This document shows, piece by piece, positions 8,371 to 18,102 of a stretch of DNA of 64,000 bases (positions are counted from its first letter, which is position 1; each line of letters begins with the position of its first letter). Below the pieces are notes generated by a model, which saw nothing but the letters and a program-made list of their open reading frames with translations, was not told where the DNA came from and ran no database searches. The position numbers were made by a program, and so were the translations under genes. Source of the stretch: Vampirovibrionales bacterium. GTDB taxonomy: Bacteria > Cyanobacteriota > Vampirovibrionia > Vampirovibrionales > JAJTHC01. The stretch lies in assembly GCA_044358835.1 (NCBI GenBank), contig JBIKNF010000009.1:6174-70173 (forward strand), in the 5' to 3' direction.

Positions 8371-10297
8371 ATCAAGCGAATCTCTGACTCATACCGAAGA
8401 GGATGCCTGCTGTAATGCCCCCGCTCCTGTAGAAGCGTCGTGTCGGCATGCCACCAGCGATGCCTTGCGTCAGTTGTATCTTCAAGCTGGGCAAAGCCTC
8501 TTGGAACTGAAGACTGTTGCTCTGGCGGGCAATCCCAACGTGGGCAAATCCGTGGTGTTTAATGCCTTAACGGGCATTTATGTGGATGTCTCCAACTTCC
8601 CCGGTACCACCGTAGGCATTGCCAAAGGCGCCTTAAAGGCCCACCCTCATATTGAAGTGCAAGACACCCCAGGGGTGTATGGGTTGTCTCGCTTGAGTGA
8701 AGAAGAATGCGTGGCAGAACAAGCGTTACTTTCGGTGGATGTGATTGTCAACATCGTCAATGCCGTGACGTTAGAACGCGATTTATTTTTAACCCAACAG
8801 TTGATTGATTATGGTTGCCCTTTGATTGTGGTCTTAAATCAAATGGATGAAGCCCAAGCCCGTGGAAGAAAAATTGATGTGTTGGCCCTTGAACAACAGT
8901 TGCAAGTGCCTGTGGTCACTTGTGTGGCGGTTCGTGGGGAAGGGATTTTAGAGATTGTGGAAGCCTTGCCTTACGCGAGCTATGGGCGTCGTACCCCTGA
9001 ACTGCCCTTGCCTTCAGATTTACTTAAAATTGAACATAACAAAGTCGAACAACTGCGGATTTACGGGCATCGGCGTTTGTACTTAAAAAGCTATGTGTCG
9101 CAAGTCACCTGTGCCGCAGGTTGTTGCGACACCCCCAAAACGCTTAATTTTCAAGCCTTTTCAAAAGCCTTGGGGAATGCTTTATTGCACCCTGTTGTCG
9201 GTGGGGTGAGCTTGGTTGTGGTGCTCATGGCCTTGTATCAAATCATCGGTGTGTGGATTGCGGGCGATGCCGTGGCCTTGCTAGAAGGCAAGCTCATGCT
9301 CGGGATCTTTGTGCCGTTTGTCGATTCCTTGGTGTCGAAGTTTTTTGCCCTTGGCACGCCCATTCATACCATACTGGCCGGTGAATTCGGTTTGCTGACG
9401 ATGACGCCCCGTTACCTGATTGGGGTGTTGGCTCCCTTGGTGATTGGCTTTAACTTGTATTTGTCTTTACTAGAAGACACGGGCTATTTACCGCGCTTGG
9501 CAGCCTTGAGTGACAGTGCCATGCGTCAAGTGGGCCTTAACGGACGCGCCATTATTCCCATGATTTTGGGCTTGGGTTGCGTGACCATGGCGGCCATTTC
9601 CACACGCGTCTTGAGTTCTCAACGCGAACGGACCATTGCCACCACGTTGCTTGCCATTACCATTCCCTGCTCGGCTCAACTGGGCTTAATTATGGGTATG
9701 ATGGCTTTGGCGGGGGGATTAAAAGGGTGGTTGCTTTACATTATTATTTTAACGGGCCTATTTATTGCCATTGGCTCTGTGCTGAATAAAATTATGCCGG
9801 GGACTTCAACAGGTTTAGTGATTGATCTGCCGCCCATGCGTTTGCCACGACTTAAAAACATCGCCAAAAAAACCTGGACGCGTTCATGGAGCTTTTTGGT
9901 AGAGGCGACCCCGTTGTTCATGCTAGGGGCTTTGCTGGTTTCTTTGGCGGAAATTACAGGCGCCTTAGCGTGGATTCAAAACGCCTTGGGTGGCGTCACC
10001 GAAACCTTGTTGCATTTGCCGAAAGAAGCGGCTTCGGCGTTTATTATGGGCATGGTGCGTCGGGATTTTGGCTTGGCGGGTTTTTATCAGTTAAAAAGCG
10101 TGCTGAGTCCGCTTCAAATGCTAACCAGTTTGGTGGTGATTACCTTGTTTGTGCCTTGTTTAGCGACTGCCACCGTGATGCTCAAAGAACGGGGTTGGCA
10201 AGAAGGGGTGGGCGTCTTTGTATTTTCGTGGGTGTTGGCGTTTGCCACTGGGGCGGTGGTGACTCGGGTGTTAGAGTTTCTTCCGTTTTGGTCTTAA
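8303..10297 (+). CDS. feoB: Ferrous iron transporter FeoB: G-domain plus membrane gate
   Basis: 'LKTVALAGNPNVGKSVVFNALTG' is the G1 motif, followed by a polytopic C-terminal domain. The start is uncertain. There is a ~70-aa Cys-containing leader, and alternative starts exist at 8354 or a TTG near 8497. Confidence 0.9.
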   Translation: MTWSLPWAMTMPPLFLWMQSVNKSSESLTHTEEDACCNAPAPVEASCRHATSDALRQLYLQAGQSLLELKTVALAGNPNVGKSVVFNALTGIYVDVSNFPGTTVGIAKGALKAHPHIEVQDTPGVYGLSRLSEEECVAEQALLSVDVIVNIVNAVTLERDLFLTQQLIDYGCPLIVVLNQMDEAQARGRKIDVLALEQQLQVPVVTCVAVRGEGILEIVEALPYASYGRRTPELPLPSDLLKIEHNKVEQLRIYGHRRLYLKSYVSQVTCAAGCCDTPKTLNFQAFSKALGNALLHPVVGGVSLVVVLMALYQIIGVWIAGDAVALLEGKLMLGIFVPFVDSLVSKFFALGTPIHTILAGEFGLLTMTPRYLIGVLAPLVIGFNLYLSLLEDTGYLPRLAALSDSAMRQVGLNGRAIIPMILGLGCVTMAAISTRVLSSQRERTIATTLLAITIPCSAQLGLIMGMMALAGGLKGWLLYIIILTGLFIAIGSVLNKIMPGTSTGLVIDLPPMRLPRLKNIAKKTWTRSWSFLVEATPLFMLGALLVSLAEITGALAWIQNALGGVTETLLHLPKEAASAFIMGMVRRDFGLAGFYQLKSVLSPLQMLTSLVVITLFVPCLATATVMLKERGWQEGVGVFVFSWVLAFATGAVVTRVLEFLPFWS

Positions 10298-10373
10298 TAC
10301 CAATTAAACGATTAAATGTCCCCCCAAAAAACATGGGGTCAACTCTTTGGGTTAAAGGTTCTGTGAATTGGCT

Positions 10374-11456
10374 TTACTTCAGCGGTTGGCAATAAGCAAT
10401 CAATTGTTTCACCACAGAAGGTAAAGTATCTTCATTACTCATTAAATGAGCATCAATAGGCGTTTTTAAGGTATTAAAAAGGAATAGGCTCACTAATAAA
10501 CTACTGAATTCTTTAGCTTTCTTTTCGTTTGTAGGGTCTTTAAATCCCAAGGTCGGTTGTTTTAACAAATAAGCACACACACTATTTATAATACCTTCCA
10601 TGGGGTAAGTACCCGCATTGACGCCAGCTTTTCGTTTTACCTGTTCTTCTACACTTAAGCCTGTTGCCATTTTAATTTGTTTGCTACCAATATATTGTTG
10701 GGCATGAAAAGTTTTGAAAAATCGAAGTACGCCTAGATCTATGTTTGGTAAAAAACCCAATGCGTGTTGACTCAACAAAGCACTATTTGAGATTTTGCCT
10801 CGTGTGGTTTTATACATTTCAGGCATATTCTTCAAATCAGTTAGACACGCTCCAAAAAGAGGCATTACATCACTTAGTTTCTTTCGTTCAGCAAAACTTA
10901 CAGCACCTATTTTTTTGACCCATTGGCCAATCGAATAGTTTTGCGTTTCTTGAATCTTTAAATCCTTTTTCATTGCCTTAAGAAGTATTTTGTAAAAATG
11001 TGTATTTAAGTGGGCAATGAGGCCTGTATTTGCCGTCATCCATAGATTGTAACGTACTTTTTCTGGTATTTCTAAACGTTGAATCAGTTGATCTAAACCA
11101 AAAGAAGCCGCCCATGTCAGAACTGCTGCTGCACGTTCAGCAAATTCAACGCTTGTTAATTTTTTAAATTCGTCTTCACTCAACTTGGCTTCGTTGCCGT
11201 ATTTTGAGACACTTTGTTGTAGTGCTAATAGATGTTTGCTTATGGCAAAGCCTCCTTCAACAGCGACCAATGGAGTCTTTTCCACCACCATTTCTATTGT
11301 TTCTAATGGCATAGGCACTTTTTTTATAACTGGAGATACTGCAACTGCACCAAAAGCAAAGCACCCTCGAATAAAGGTACGCCTAGAGATCATAAAAATT
11401 CCAATCCTTAACAGTGTTATATTTTTCGCTATGATGTTCGATGTATTTATGTTCAC
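10374..11456 (-). CDS. Hypothetical protein with twin-arginine (Tat) signal peptide, AT-rich
   Basis: 360 aa. N-terminal 'SRRTFIRGCFAFGAVAVS' fits the S/T-R-R-x-F-L-K Tat motif. AT-rich composition. No family recognised. Confidence 0.5.
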   Translation of the reverse strand: MNINTSNIIAKNITLLRIGIFMISRRTFIRGCFAFGAVAVSPVIKKVPMPLETIEMVVEKTPLVAVEGGFAISKHLLALQQSVSKYGNEAKLSEDEFKKLTSVEFAERAAAVLTWAASFGLDQLIQRLEIPEKVRYNLWMTANTGLIAHLNTHFYKILLKAMKKDLKIQETQNYSIGQWVKKIGAVSFAERKKLSDVMPLFGACLTDLKNMPEMYKTTRGKISNSALLSQHALGFLPNIDLGVLRFFKTFHAQQYIGSKQIKMATGLSVEEQVKRKAGVNAGTYPMEGIINSVCAYLLKQPTLGFKDPTNEKKAKEFSSLLVSLFLFNTLKTPIDAHLMSNEDTLPSVVKQLIAYCQPLK

Positions 11457-11598
11457 CTTTATAGTCCTTAAACACCTAAGCGTCTAAGGCTATTTAAATC
11501 GTTTGCAAGCTATTTCTATGTGTTGAAATCAGGCTAGAGCAAACTATTTAGCTTGTGAAGCATAGTGTATAGAATACGTTGGTGTTTTTTTACAATTC

Positions 11599-14500
11599 TT
11601 AATGAATTACAGTGCGATGCAAATGTTCATGCAAGTAATGCCCTGTCAAACTTTCCGCCACCGAAGCCACTTGCACAGGCGTGCCTTCCGCCAATACGCG
11701 ACCGCCCTTTTCACCCCCTTCAGGGCCTAAGTCAATCACCCAATCACTGGCCGCAATATAATCCAACTGGTGCTCAATGGTCAACACCGTATGCCCCTTT
11801 TCCACCAAGCGTTTTACCACATCAATAAACAAGTGTAAATCATGCCAATGCAACCCAATCGAAGGTTCATCAAACAAGTACAGCGTATGCCCAGAAGGCT
11901 TTCGCATCAAGTCGGTGGCCAGTTTTAAGCGCTGGGCTTCCCCCCCTGAAAGCAGCGGAGCCCCCTGCCCAAGCGCCAAGTACCCCAAGCCTACATCGCA
12001 CAACAATTGCAACTGTTGCCCCAAGGTGGGGTGACTATCAAAGATCTCAATGGCGGCTTCAATCGGTGTTTCTAGCAATTCGTAAATGTTCTTGCCTTTA
12101 TACCGCACGCGTAAAATTTCAGGCTTAAAACGCTTGCCGTCACACGTTTGGCAAAGCAGTTCAGCATCGGGCAACATCCCCACAGAAAGCGTGGTTTTCC
12201 CCGCCCCTTTACACGTTTCACAACGGCCGCCTTTGACATTAAAACTAAAGTGAGACGCGCTTAAGCCTTGGGCCTTGGCTTCAAGCGTGTTGGCATACAA
12301 ATTGCGAATGGCATCAAACATTCCTGTATAGGTGGCGGGGTTGCTCCGACTGGTACGACCAATGGGTGATTGATCCACCACCACGAGTTTGTCAATCTGT
12401 TCAATGCCTTCAATGGCTTTGACGCCTTTGGGCATCGTGAGGTTTAAGTCTTTAAGGGGAATATCCTTTTTTCGCCCGTAAGAACCCATTGTGGCTTGAA
12501 TGTACTGTTCCACATAGGGCAGTAAACAATCAAACAACAAGGTGCTTTTGCCTGAACCACTCATGCCCGTAATCGTCACCATTTTACCTAAGGGCAAGGT
12601 AATGTTCAGATTTTTCAAATTATGGTGGGTGCATCCCTTTAGGCGGACGGTTTTTTCAGGCTTGGGAAGCTTTTTAGTGGTGTTCATTTCAATGCGCCGA
12701 CGCCCCGCCAAGTAATCCCCAGTAACGGAATTCGCCTGCTGTTCAAGTTCACTTGCAAGACCCGCAAAAACGAGTTCCCCCCCGTGAATCCCCGCTCTAG
12801 GGCCAATATCCACCACATAATCGGCTTGACGAATAAGCTCTTCGTCATGTTCTACCACAAGCACGGTATTGCCCTTGTCTCGTAGTTCTTTTAGTGTGTG
12901 AATGAGCTGTTGATTGTTATGCGCATGCAAGCCAATGGAAGGTTCATCCAACACATACATGACGCCTGAAAGTCCACTACCGAGTTGGCTGGCTAAACGA
13001 ATCCGCTGGGCTTCACCCCCTGAAAGGGTTGAAGCACGACGCCCAAGCGTTAAATACGGCACGCCCACATTCTTCAAAAACTGCAAGCGCACCAATACTT
13101 CTTTTAAGGGGGTTTGGGCGATTAACGCTTCAGTTGCGGTTAGTTCAGGATCAAGCGCACTTAGGGCGTCATACGCTTGACTTAAACTCATCGCACTAAG
13201 CGCCTTCCACGTAAGCGTGTCGCCTAATCGCACGGCAAGAGAAAACGGCTTTAAGCGAAGCCCATCGCAATCGGGGCAATCGTCTTCTAAGGTAAATTGG
13301 CGAAAGTAGGCTTGACTGGTTAAACCGCCGGTATTGGCTTTTAAACGCAATAACGGCAAAATGCCTTCAAAGTTTTCAAAGAAGTTTTCCCAGTCATCGG
13401 GGCTGTCTTCATAGTTGATTTCTGCAATCGGGACGAAAGCCGAAGTCGCCTTTTCTTTGCCGTAAAAAAACAGATGCTTTTCAGCCTTGTTCCACGCCTT
13501 CCACGGTTTTGAAACAGGCAAGTGCAAGTACTTTTCAAAGGCCGTCAACACCCGCTTGTGCTTGCCCCATAACAAGTAGGCCAAAGCGGGCATGGCCCCG
13601 TCTTTCAGACTTAAAGACGGTTCTTTAATGAGGGTGCTTTCGTCAATGTGTAACTGATGCCCCGTGCCTTTACAGGTGACACACGCCCCGTACGGCGAAT
13701 TAAAGCTAAACAACCGAGGCGCCATTTCGCCAAAGTCCAAATCACATGCATGACACGCCATAAAGGTGGACATCAGCGCTTCTTTTTCTTTGTCGTGATG
13801 CGGTTCTTGACTCAAAACGCGCAAGTAGCCCCCTGAACGTTGAACGGCTTTACTGACGGCTTGTTCCAAGCGCAGGGAAGTGGCATCCTTTTGGTGACGC
13901 AGGACAATGCGATCCACCACGGCATCAATGTGATGCACCTTATAGCGTTCGAGCTTGAAATCGTCGGGCAACTCATCTAAATCCAACATTTCACCGTCCA
14001 CATAGGCACGGGCAAAGCCTTCTTTACGCAACTGTTCAAACAACGCGCCGTAATCTCCTTTGCGTCCTCGAATCAGCGGGCTTAAAATTTGAATGCGCGT
14101 GGCTTCGGGCAGTTTTTTGATGCGTTCTAGCATTTGGGCGAGTCGTTGTGGTTGCACGTTGCAACCACATTGGGGGCAGTAGGCACGGCCGGCTTTGGCA
14201 AATAGCACACGCAAGTAATCCATAATGTTGGTGACCGTGCCGACGGTGGAACGAGGCGAGTAGAGCGTGGTTTTTTGTTCAATAGCAATGGCAGGCGAAA
14301 GGCCTGTAAGTGTGCGAACGGGTGCCTTTTCTTGCTTGCCCATGAACTGCTGGGCGTAATCGCTTAGGGTGTTCATGTAGCGACGTTGGGCTTCGCTGTA
14401 AAGCGTGTCAAAGACGAGGCTACTTTTACCGCTGCCTGAAATGCCCGTAAACACCACGAGCTGGTGCTTGGGTATGTTTAGCGAAAAGCCTTTTAAATTG

Positions 14501-14607
14501 TGCGTTTGCACGTCTTCAAGGCAGATGTATCGCTGGGTGGTGGGGGGGGCATCGTGCAGGGCAGGCATGGGGGGTCTCTTGCGTTTGTGGGGAGAGTACC
14601 CTTCCAT
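11599..14607 (-). CDS. uvrA: Excinuclease ABC subunit A
   Basis: 1002 aa with two ABC ATPase modules (Walker A 'GISGSGKSSL', 'GMSGSGKSTL' and LSGGE signatures) and zinc-finger Cys clusters. An alternative start is at 14568 ('MPALHD'). Confidence 0.95.
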   Translation of the reverse strand: MEGYSPHKRKRPPMPALHDAPPTTQRYICLEDVQTHNLKGFSLNIPKHQLVVFTGISGSGKSSLVFDTLYSEAQRRYMNTLSDYAQQFMGKQEKAPVRTLTGLSPAIAIEQKTTLYSPRSTVGTVTNIMDYLRVLFAKAGRAYCPQCGCNVQPQRLAQMLERIKKLPEATRIQILSPLIRGRKGDYGALFEQLRKEGFARAYVDGEMLDLDELPDDFKLERYKVHHIDAVVDRIVLRHQKDATSLRLEQAVSKAVQRSGGYLRVLSQEPHHDKEKEALMSTFMACHACDLDFGEMAPRLFSFNSPYGACVTCKGTGHQLHIDESTLIKEPSLSLKDGAMPALAYLLWGKHKRVLTAFEKYLHLPVSKPWKAWNKAEKHLFFYGKEKATSAFVPIAEINYEDSPDDWENFFENFEGILPLLRLKANTGGLTSQAYFRQFTLEDDCPDCDGLRLKPFSLAVRLGDTLTWKALSAMSLSQAYDALSALDPELTATEALIAQTPLKEVLVRLQFLKNVGVPYLTLGRRASTLSGGEAQRIRLASQLGSGLSGVMYVLDEPSIGLHAHNNQQLIHTLKELRDKGNTVLVVEHDEELIRQADYVVDIGPRAGIHGGELVFAGLASELEQQANSVTGDYLAGRRRIEMNTTKKLPKPEKTVRLKGCTHHNLKNLNITLPLGKMVTITGMSGSGKSTLLFDCLLPYVEQYIQATMGSYGRKKDIPLKDLNLTMPKGVKAIEGIEQIDKLVVVDQSPIGRTSRSNPATYTGMFDAIRNLYANTLEAKAQGLSASHFSFNVKGGRCETCKGAGKTTLSVGMLPDAELLCQTCDGKRFKPEILRVRYKGKNIYELLETPIEAAIEIFDSHPTLGQQLQLLCDVGLGYLALGQGAPLLSGGEAQRLKLATDLMRKPSGHTLYLFDEPSIGLHWHDLHLFIDVVKRLVEKGHTVLTIEHQLDYIAASDWVIDLGPEGGEKGGRVLAEGTPVQVASVAESLTGHYLHEHLHRTVIH

Positions 14608-15302
14608 TATACACCAAACCGATTAAGCCATTGTTTTAGCCAGTTGCATATTTTACTTTCCATGCCATTACCCTTTTTATCTGATTCGAAGCTACTTTCT
14701 AATGTTTCTCTTCCCATTACAAAATCAACAAGGTGGTTCATTCTTTCCTCAGCACTTCCTTTGATGCCTTTATAAGGACTTTGTATCAGTTGTTCCAGTT
14801 CACTTAGGTTTATCTGTTCTACTTCTTCATTTGACAATGATTCTCTTAGAGCCGTTACATTAGCTTGCACAGATTTTCCTAAATTGCTTAAGCTATCTAG
14901 TAAATTATTATTTTGTAAAAAAGTTGTTAATTTATTTGGATCATCTGTATTTTCTGGGAAATAGATTACAGTCGAAGATGCATTTTGGAGACTTCCCCCC
15001 ATTTCACTAATATCCTTTAGTACATTAAAACATGCTTCTATACATCTCCTCTGTCCTTCAACTTCTAGAATATCAAATACAAAAGGAGACTTTTCTAGTC
15101 CCTCCAATAGATTTATTATTTCATCAGGAATGATTTCTGGAGGGTGTGCCTTTATTACTTCGCGCATAAATGCACCAGTCAAACGGCCGGAACGTTGATT
15201 CGCGTGTGGGCAAGGCACTGGGGCATGTGCCGTGTGGGAAGTGGCAGGGGTGCTTCTTAAAGCTATACTTTTGTTATGGGGGGGGGTTAGTGGGCTTAAC
15301 AT
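14607..15302 (-). CDS. Hypothetical protein, AT-rich, stop overlapping the uvrA start (TAATG)
   Basis: 231-aa ORF. The N-terminal region is Pro/His/Ala-rich, the rest is acidic and Leu-rich. A G9/C9 homopolymer lies at codons 6-8. The true start may be the internal 'MREVIKA'. Confidence 0.4.
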   Translation of the reverse strand: MLSPLTPPHNKSIALRSTPATSHTAHAPVPCPHANQRSGRLTGAFMREVIKAHPPEIIPDEIINLLEGLEKSPFVFDILEVEGQRRCIEACFNVLKDISEMGGSLQNASSTVIYFPENTDDPNKLTTFLQNNNLLDSLSNLGKSVQANVTALRESLSNEEVEQINLSELEQLIQSPYKGIKGSAEERMNHLVDFVMGRETLESSFESDKKGNGMESKICNWLKQWLNRFGV

Positions 15303-15535
15303 AAAAAAGTTCCTTTATAACTCATTAACGACATTATAGCTTCATCAGATAAACCCTAAATAGTTTACTGTAATAGGCTTGCTTGTATAAAACAGTATCA
15401 AAATTTTTTTGTGCCCCCTGTTTTTTACCCCTTACTTTCATGAACATTTAAGTGCGCCTTTTCAAGCTTTTGCCTCAATTTCTCAAAAAAGGGGCTTGCA
15501 TTCCTGGCTGGACGATGTAATATAAACACAGCTAA

Positions 15536-15611
15536 GGGCGTTTAGCTCAGTTGGTAGAGCGTCTGCTTTACACGCAGGTGGTCCACGGTTCGAGCCCGTG
15601 AGCGCCCACCA
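15536..15611 (+). tRNA. tRNA-Val (anticodon TAC), CCA encoded
   Basis: Cloverleaf with a 7-bp acceptor stem GGGCGTT/AGCGCCC. D-arm 'GCTCAGTTGGTAGAGC', anticodon loop 'TTTACAC', T-arm 'GGTTCGAGCCC'. A promoter-like 'ttgcat'/'taatat' pair sits at 15496..15523. Confidence 0.9.
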
Positions 15612-15649
15612 CAACAGCCCCCGTCAACAGACAGGGGCTGTTGTGTTTT
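15612..15649 (+). terminator. Rho-independent terminator after tRNA-Val
   Basis: Perfect 11-bp stem 'acaacagcccc'/'ggggctgttgt' followed by 'gtttt'. Confidence 0.6.
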
Positions 15650-15771
15650 CAACCTTCTTTGCCAGAACAGCGCACTTCGGCGAAAGCCTTCCACTCCTCA
15701 AGTCCCCTCCAAATGAAGGGGATGCTGGGCGCATTTATTTGTCATAATAAAACGAGCAAGGAGCCTTCACC

Positions 15772-16866
15772 ATGCCCACCCGCACGCCCATGTTCTACAC
15801 TTGCGCCACGCTTGCCTTAAGCCTAAGCCTTGGCACGGCGCCGGCCTTACACGCTGAAGGCCTGTTTCTAAGCCCCAGCGCCCCCAACGTGCGTTCGCCT
15901 TTCCCGCAGGAAACCGCCACCGCAACGGCTCCCTTGAACACCCTTCGCATTGCGCTTGAAGCCCTGAAACAGGGGCAAACGCGCCAAGCGCTGGTGTTGT
16001 TAGAATCGTGGGTGGAAGAACACCCCGAAGATTTAGAGGCCTTTTTTCACTTGGCGAAAGCCAGCTATGCACTGGGCGACTTTCCGGCCATGCGTCGCTA
16101 TTTGGCCACGCTAAACACCCTCGCCCCGCAGGATGCCATCACTCAGCAGGCGCTTGCTTGGGCTAACCCACTGCCTGAAGCCAAGCCCCCTACGGTGGAA
16201 GATGAAAAGAATACGGCCCTTTTAAACCTCGCCCGTTCAGTGGCTAACAATCAACCCACCCCGATGCCGTTTCGTTCACCTGCCCCCAAGACGTCCGCCC
16301 CCCCCGCGACGCTTGAAGAGGCGACGGCAGCACCCCGTTTGCCGTCTACCGAAGCACTTAAAACGCCCGCTTCCCCCACCCCTTTGCCCATGGTTAAAGA
16401 AGGCGCGGTGGATCAAAGCACCCAAGCTCAACCAGCTCCCCAAGAATCAGCGCCTAACCCGCCTAAAACCCCTGTTTCGCCTAATCTTGGGAATAACCCA
16501 ACAGTAGGGGCGGCCGCGTCCTTACAAGCATCCGCAAGCCCTGCACCGCTCACCCAAGAACAAATTGCGCAAAACTTTCAAATGCTTCAACAGTTAATGA
16601 TGATGCAACTGATGAACAATTCTTCAAACAGTTTTAATCCCAATAACCCCATGAACATGATGATGAACGGCCAAGGGATGAATGGTCTCAATATGTTTAA
16701 CGGCACTATGTTGAACAACACGATGTTGAATAATCCCAACGCCACCCCAGCGATGACCCCCCAAGTGATGAACCAACTGATGCAAAACAGTTTATTGAAC
16801 AACATGAACGGCATGTTCAACACCACGCCAGACGATCAAAACAACAACGGGGGCCTTGGGTTTTAA
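15772..16866 (+). CDS. Secreted TPR-like protein with a Pro/Ala-rich linker and a Met/Asn/Gln-rich C-terminal low-complexity tail
   Basis: 364 aa. Signal peptide 'MPTRTPMFYTCATLALSLSLGTAPALHAEG'. TPR-like helices. The C-terminus reads 'MNMMMNGQGMNGLNMFNGTMLNNTMLNN...'. An 'aaggag' RBS is present. Confidence 0.6.
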   Translation: MPTRTPMFYTCATLALSLSLGTAPALHAEGLFLSPSAPNVRSPFPQETATATAPLNTLRIALEALKQGQTRQALVLLESWVEEHPEDLEAFFHLAKASYALGDFPAMRRYLATLNTLAPQDAITQQALAWANPLPEAKPPTVEDEKNTALLNLARSVANNQPTPMPFRSPAPKTSAPPATLEEATAAPRLPSTEALKTPASPTPLPMVKEGAVDQSTQAQPAPQESAPNPPKTPVSPNLGNNPTVGAAASLQASASPAPLTQEQIAQNFQMLQQLMMMQLMNNSSNSFNPNNPMNMMMNGQGMNGLNMFNGTMLNNTMLNNPNATPAMTPQVMNQLMQNSLLNNMNGMFNTTPDDQNNNGGLGF

Positions 16867-16890
16867 GGTTAAATCACGCAGGCAAATGGC

Positions 16891-18102
16891 TTAATGAGCC
16901 GTGCTTTTGTGGTAGGCTTTTTTCAACACTTGGGCAGGCACGAGGGCTTGCATGGCGGAGTCGTCCCATACTTTAACGACGTTGTAAAACGCGTCTCGTT
17001 CAACGGGCAAGCGCCCCGACTGACGAATTAAATGCGTGAGCTGACGCATGGTTAAGCCTTGCGAACTTTGGGTGCCCGCGGCATGGGCGATCTTTTCTTG
17101 AATGACGGTGCCGTCAATGTCGTCGACCCCAAAGTTCAACCCGACTTGAGAAATTTTTTCGCCAATGTGAATCCAAAACGCTTTGATATGAGGGAAATTG
17201 TCTAACACCAGTCGAGAAACCGCAAAGTTTTTAAGATTTTCAAAGCCTGTTAGGGCGTACTTAGGATCAATGCGGTTGCCTTCATAATAACAATTCAGCG
17301 GAATAAAGCTCAAGAATCCGCCTGTTTTGTCTTGCTGTTCACGCAGGGAAATCATGTGCGCCACGCGCTCTTCAGGGGTTTCTCCTAGGCCAGCAAGCAT
17401 GGTGGCGTTGGATTTTAACCCCATTTGATGCGCCAAACCGTGAATATCAAGCCATTGTTGCCCCGTGATTTTACCGGGGCACACTTCTTGACGAATGCGT
17501 TCAGCAAAGACTTCGGCCCCTCCACCAGGTAAGGCTTGTAAGCCAGCATCGATGAGGGTTTGAATCACGTGTTCAATCGGCAAAGCTTCAATTTTAGCAA
17601 TGTAATGCAGTTCCGCCGCGGTGAGCCCTTTGACATTCACGTGCGGGAACTCCTTGCGCAAGGCTTTAAAGAGATCGGCGTAATAGGCTAAATCGGCCCC
17701 CTTATAATGCCCTGCAACAATGTGGAACTCTCGTAAGGTATTTTTTTCGGGGTAGGCGTGAATATCGGCGATGACTTTGTCGATCGCCCAAAAATAGGCG
17801 TGAGGCGAGGCGGGGCCTTTTTTAAAGGAGCAGAAATGGCAGGTGTCTTCGCAAATGTTGGTGGGGTTAATGTGGTAATTATGCACCCACCACACATAGG
17901 CTTGTTCTGCTTGGGGCGTGCGGATTTTACGCGCCAAATCCGCCAGCATACCCACGCCTAGAAGATCGGGGCTGTTGTAGAGATGAAGGGCTTCTTCAGC
18001 CGTAAAGCGTTCGCCCGTGAGCACTTTTTCTAAGTAGGGGTTCAGGGGATTGTGTTGCTGGTTAAAGTAAGCGTCAATGTATTCAGGTACATCGTAAGGC
18101 AT
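16891..18102 (-). CDS. Radical SAM enzyme of the futalosine menaquinone pathway (MqnE/MqnC family; CofH-like)
   Basis: 403 aa. 'CEDTCHFCSF' is the CxxxCxxC cluster. The N-terminal 'ER(F)TAEEALHLYNSPDLLGVGMLAD' is typical of MqnC/MqnE. Confidence 0.75.
   Translation of the reverse strand: MPYDVPEYIDAYFNQQHNPLNPYLEKVLTGERFTAEEALHLYNSPDLLGVGMLADLARKIRTPQAEQAYVWWVHNYHINPTNICEDTCHFCSFKKGPASPHAYFWAIDKVIADIHAYPEKNTLREFHIVAGHYKGADLAYYADLFKALRKEFPHVNVKGLTAAELHYIAKIEALPIEHVIQTLIDAGLQALPGGGAEVFAERIRQEVCPGKITGQQWLDIHGLAHQMGLKSNATMLAGLGETPEERVAHMISLREQQDKTGGFLSFIPLNCYYEGNRIDPKYALTGFENLKNFAVSRLVLDNFPHIKAFWIHIGEKISQVGLNFGVDDIDGTVIQEKIAHAAGTQSSQGLTMRQLTHLIRQSGRLPVERDAFYNVVKVWDDSAMQALVPAQVLKKAYHKSTAH

Noticed and set aside
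9886-10395. 169-aa ORF overlapping the 3' part of feoB in another frame
   Set aside because: It is internal to feoB, Gly/Arg-rich and without RBS support.
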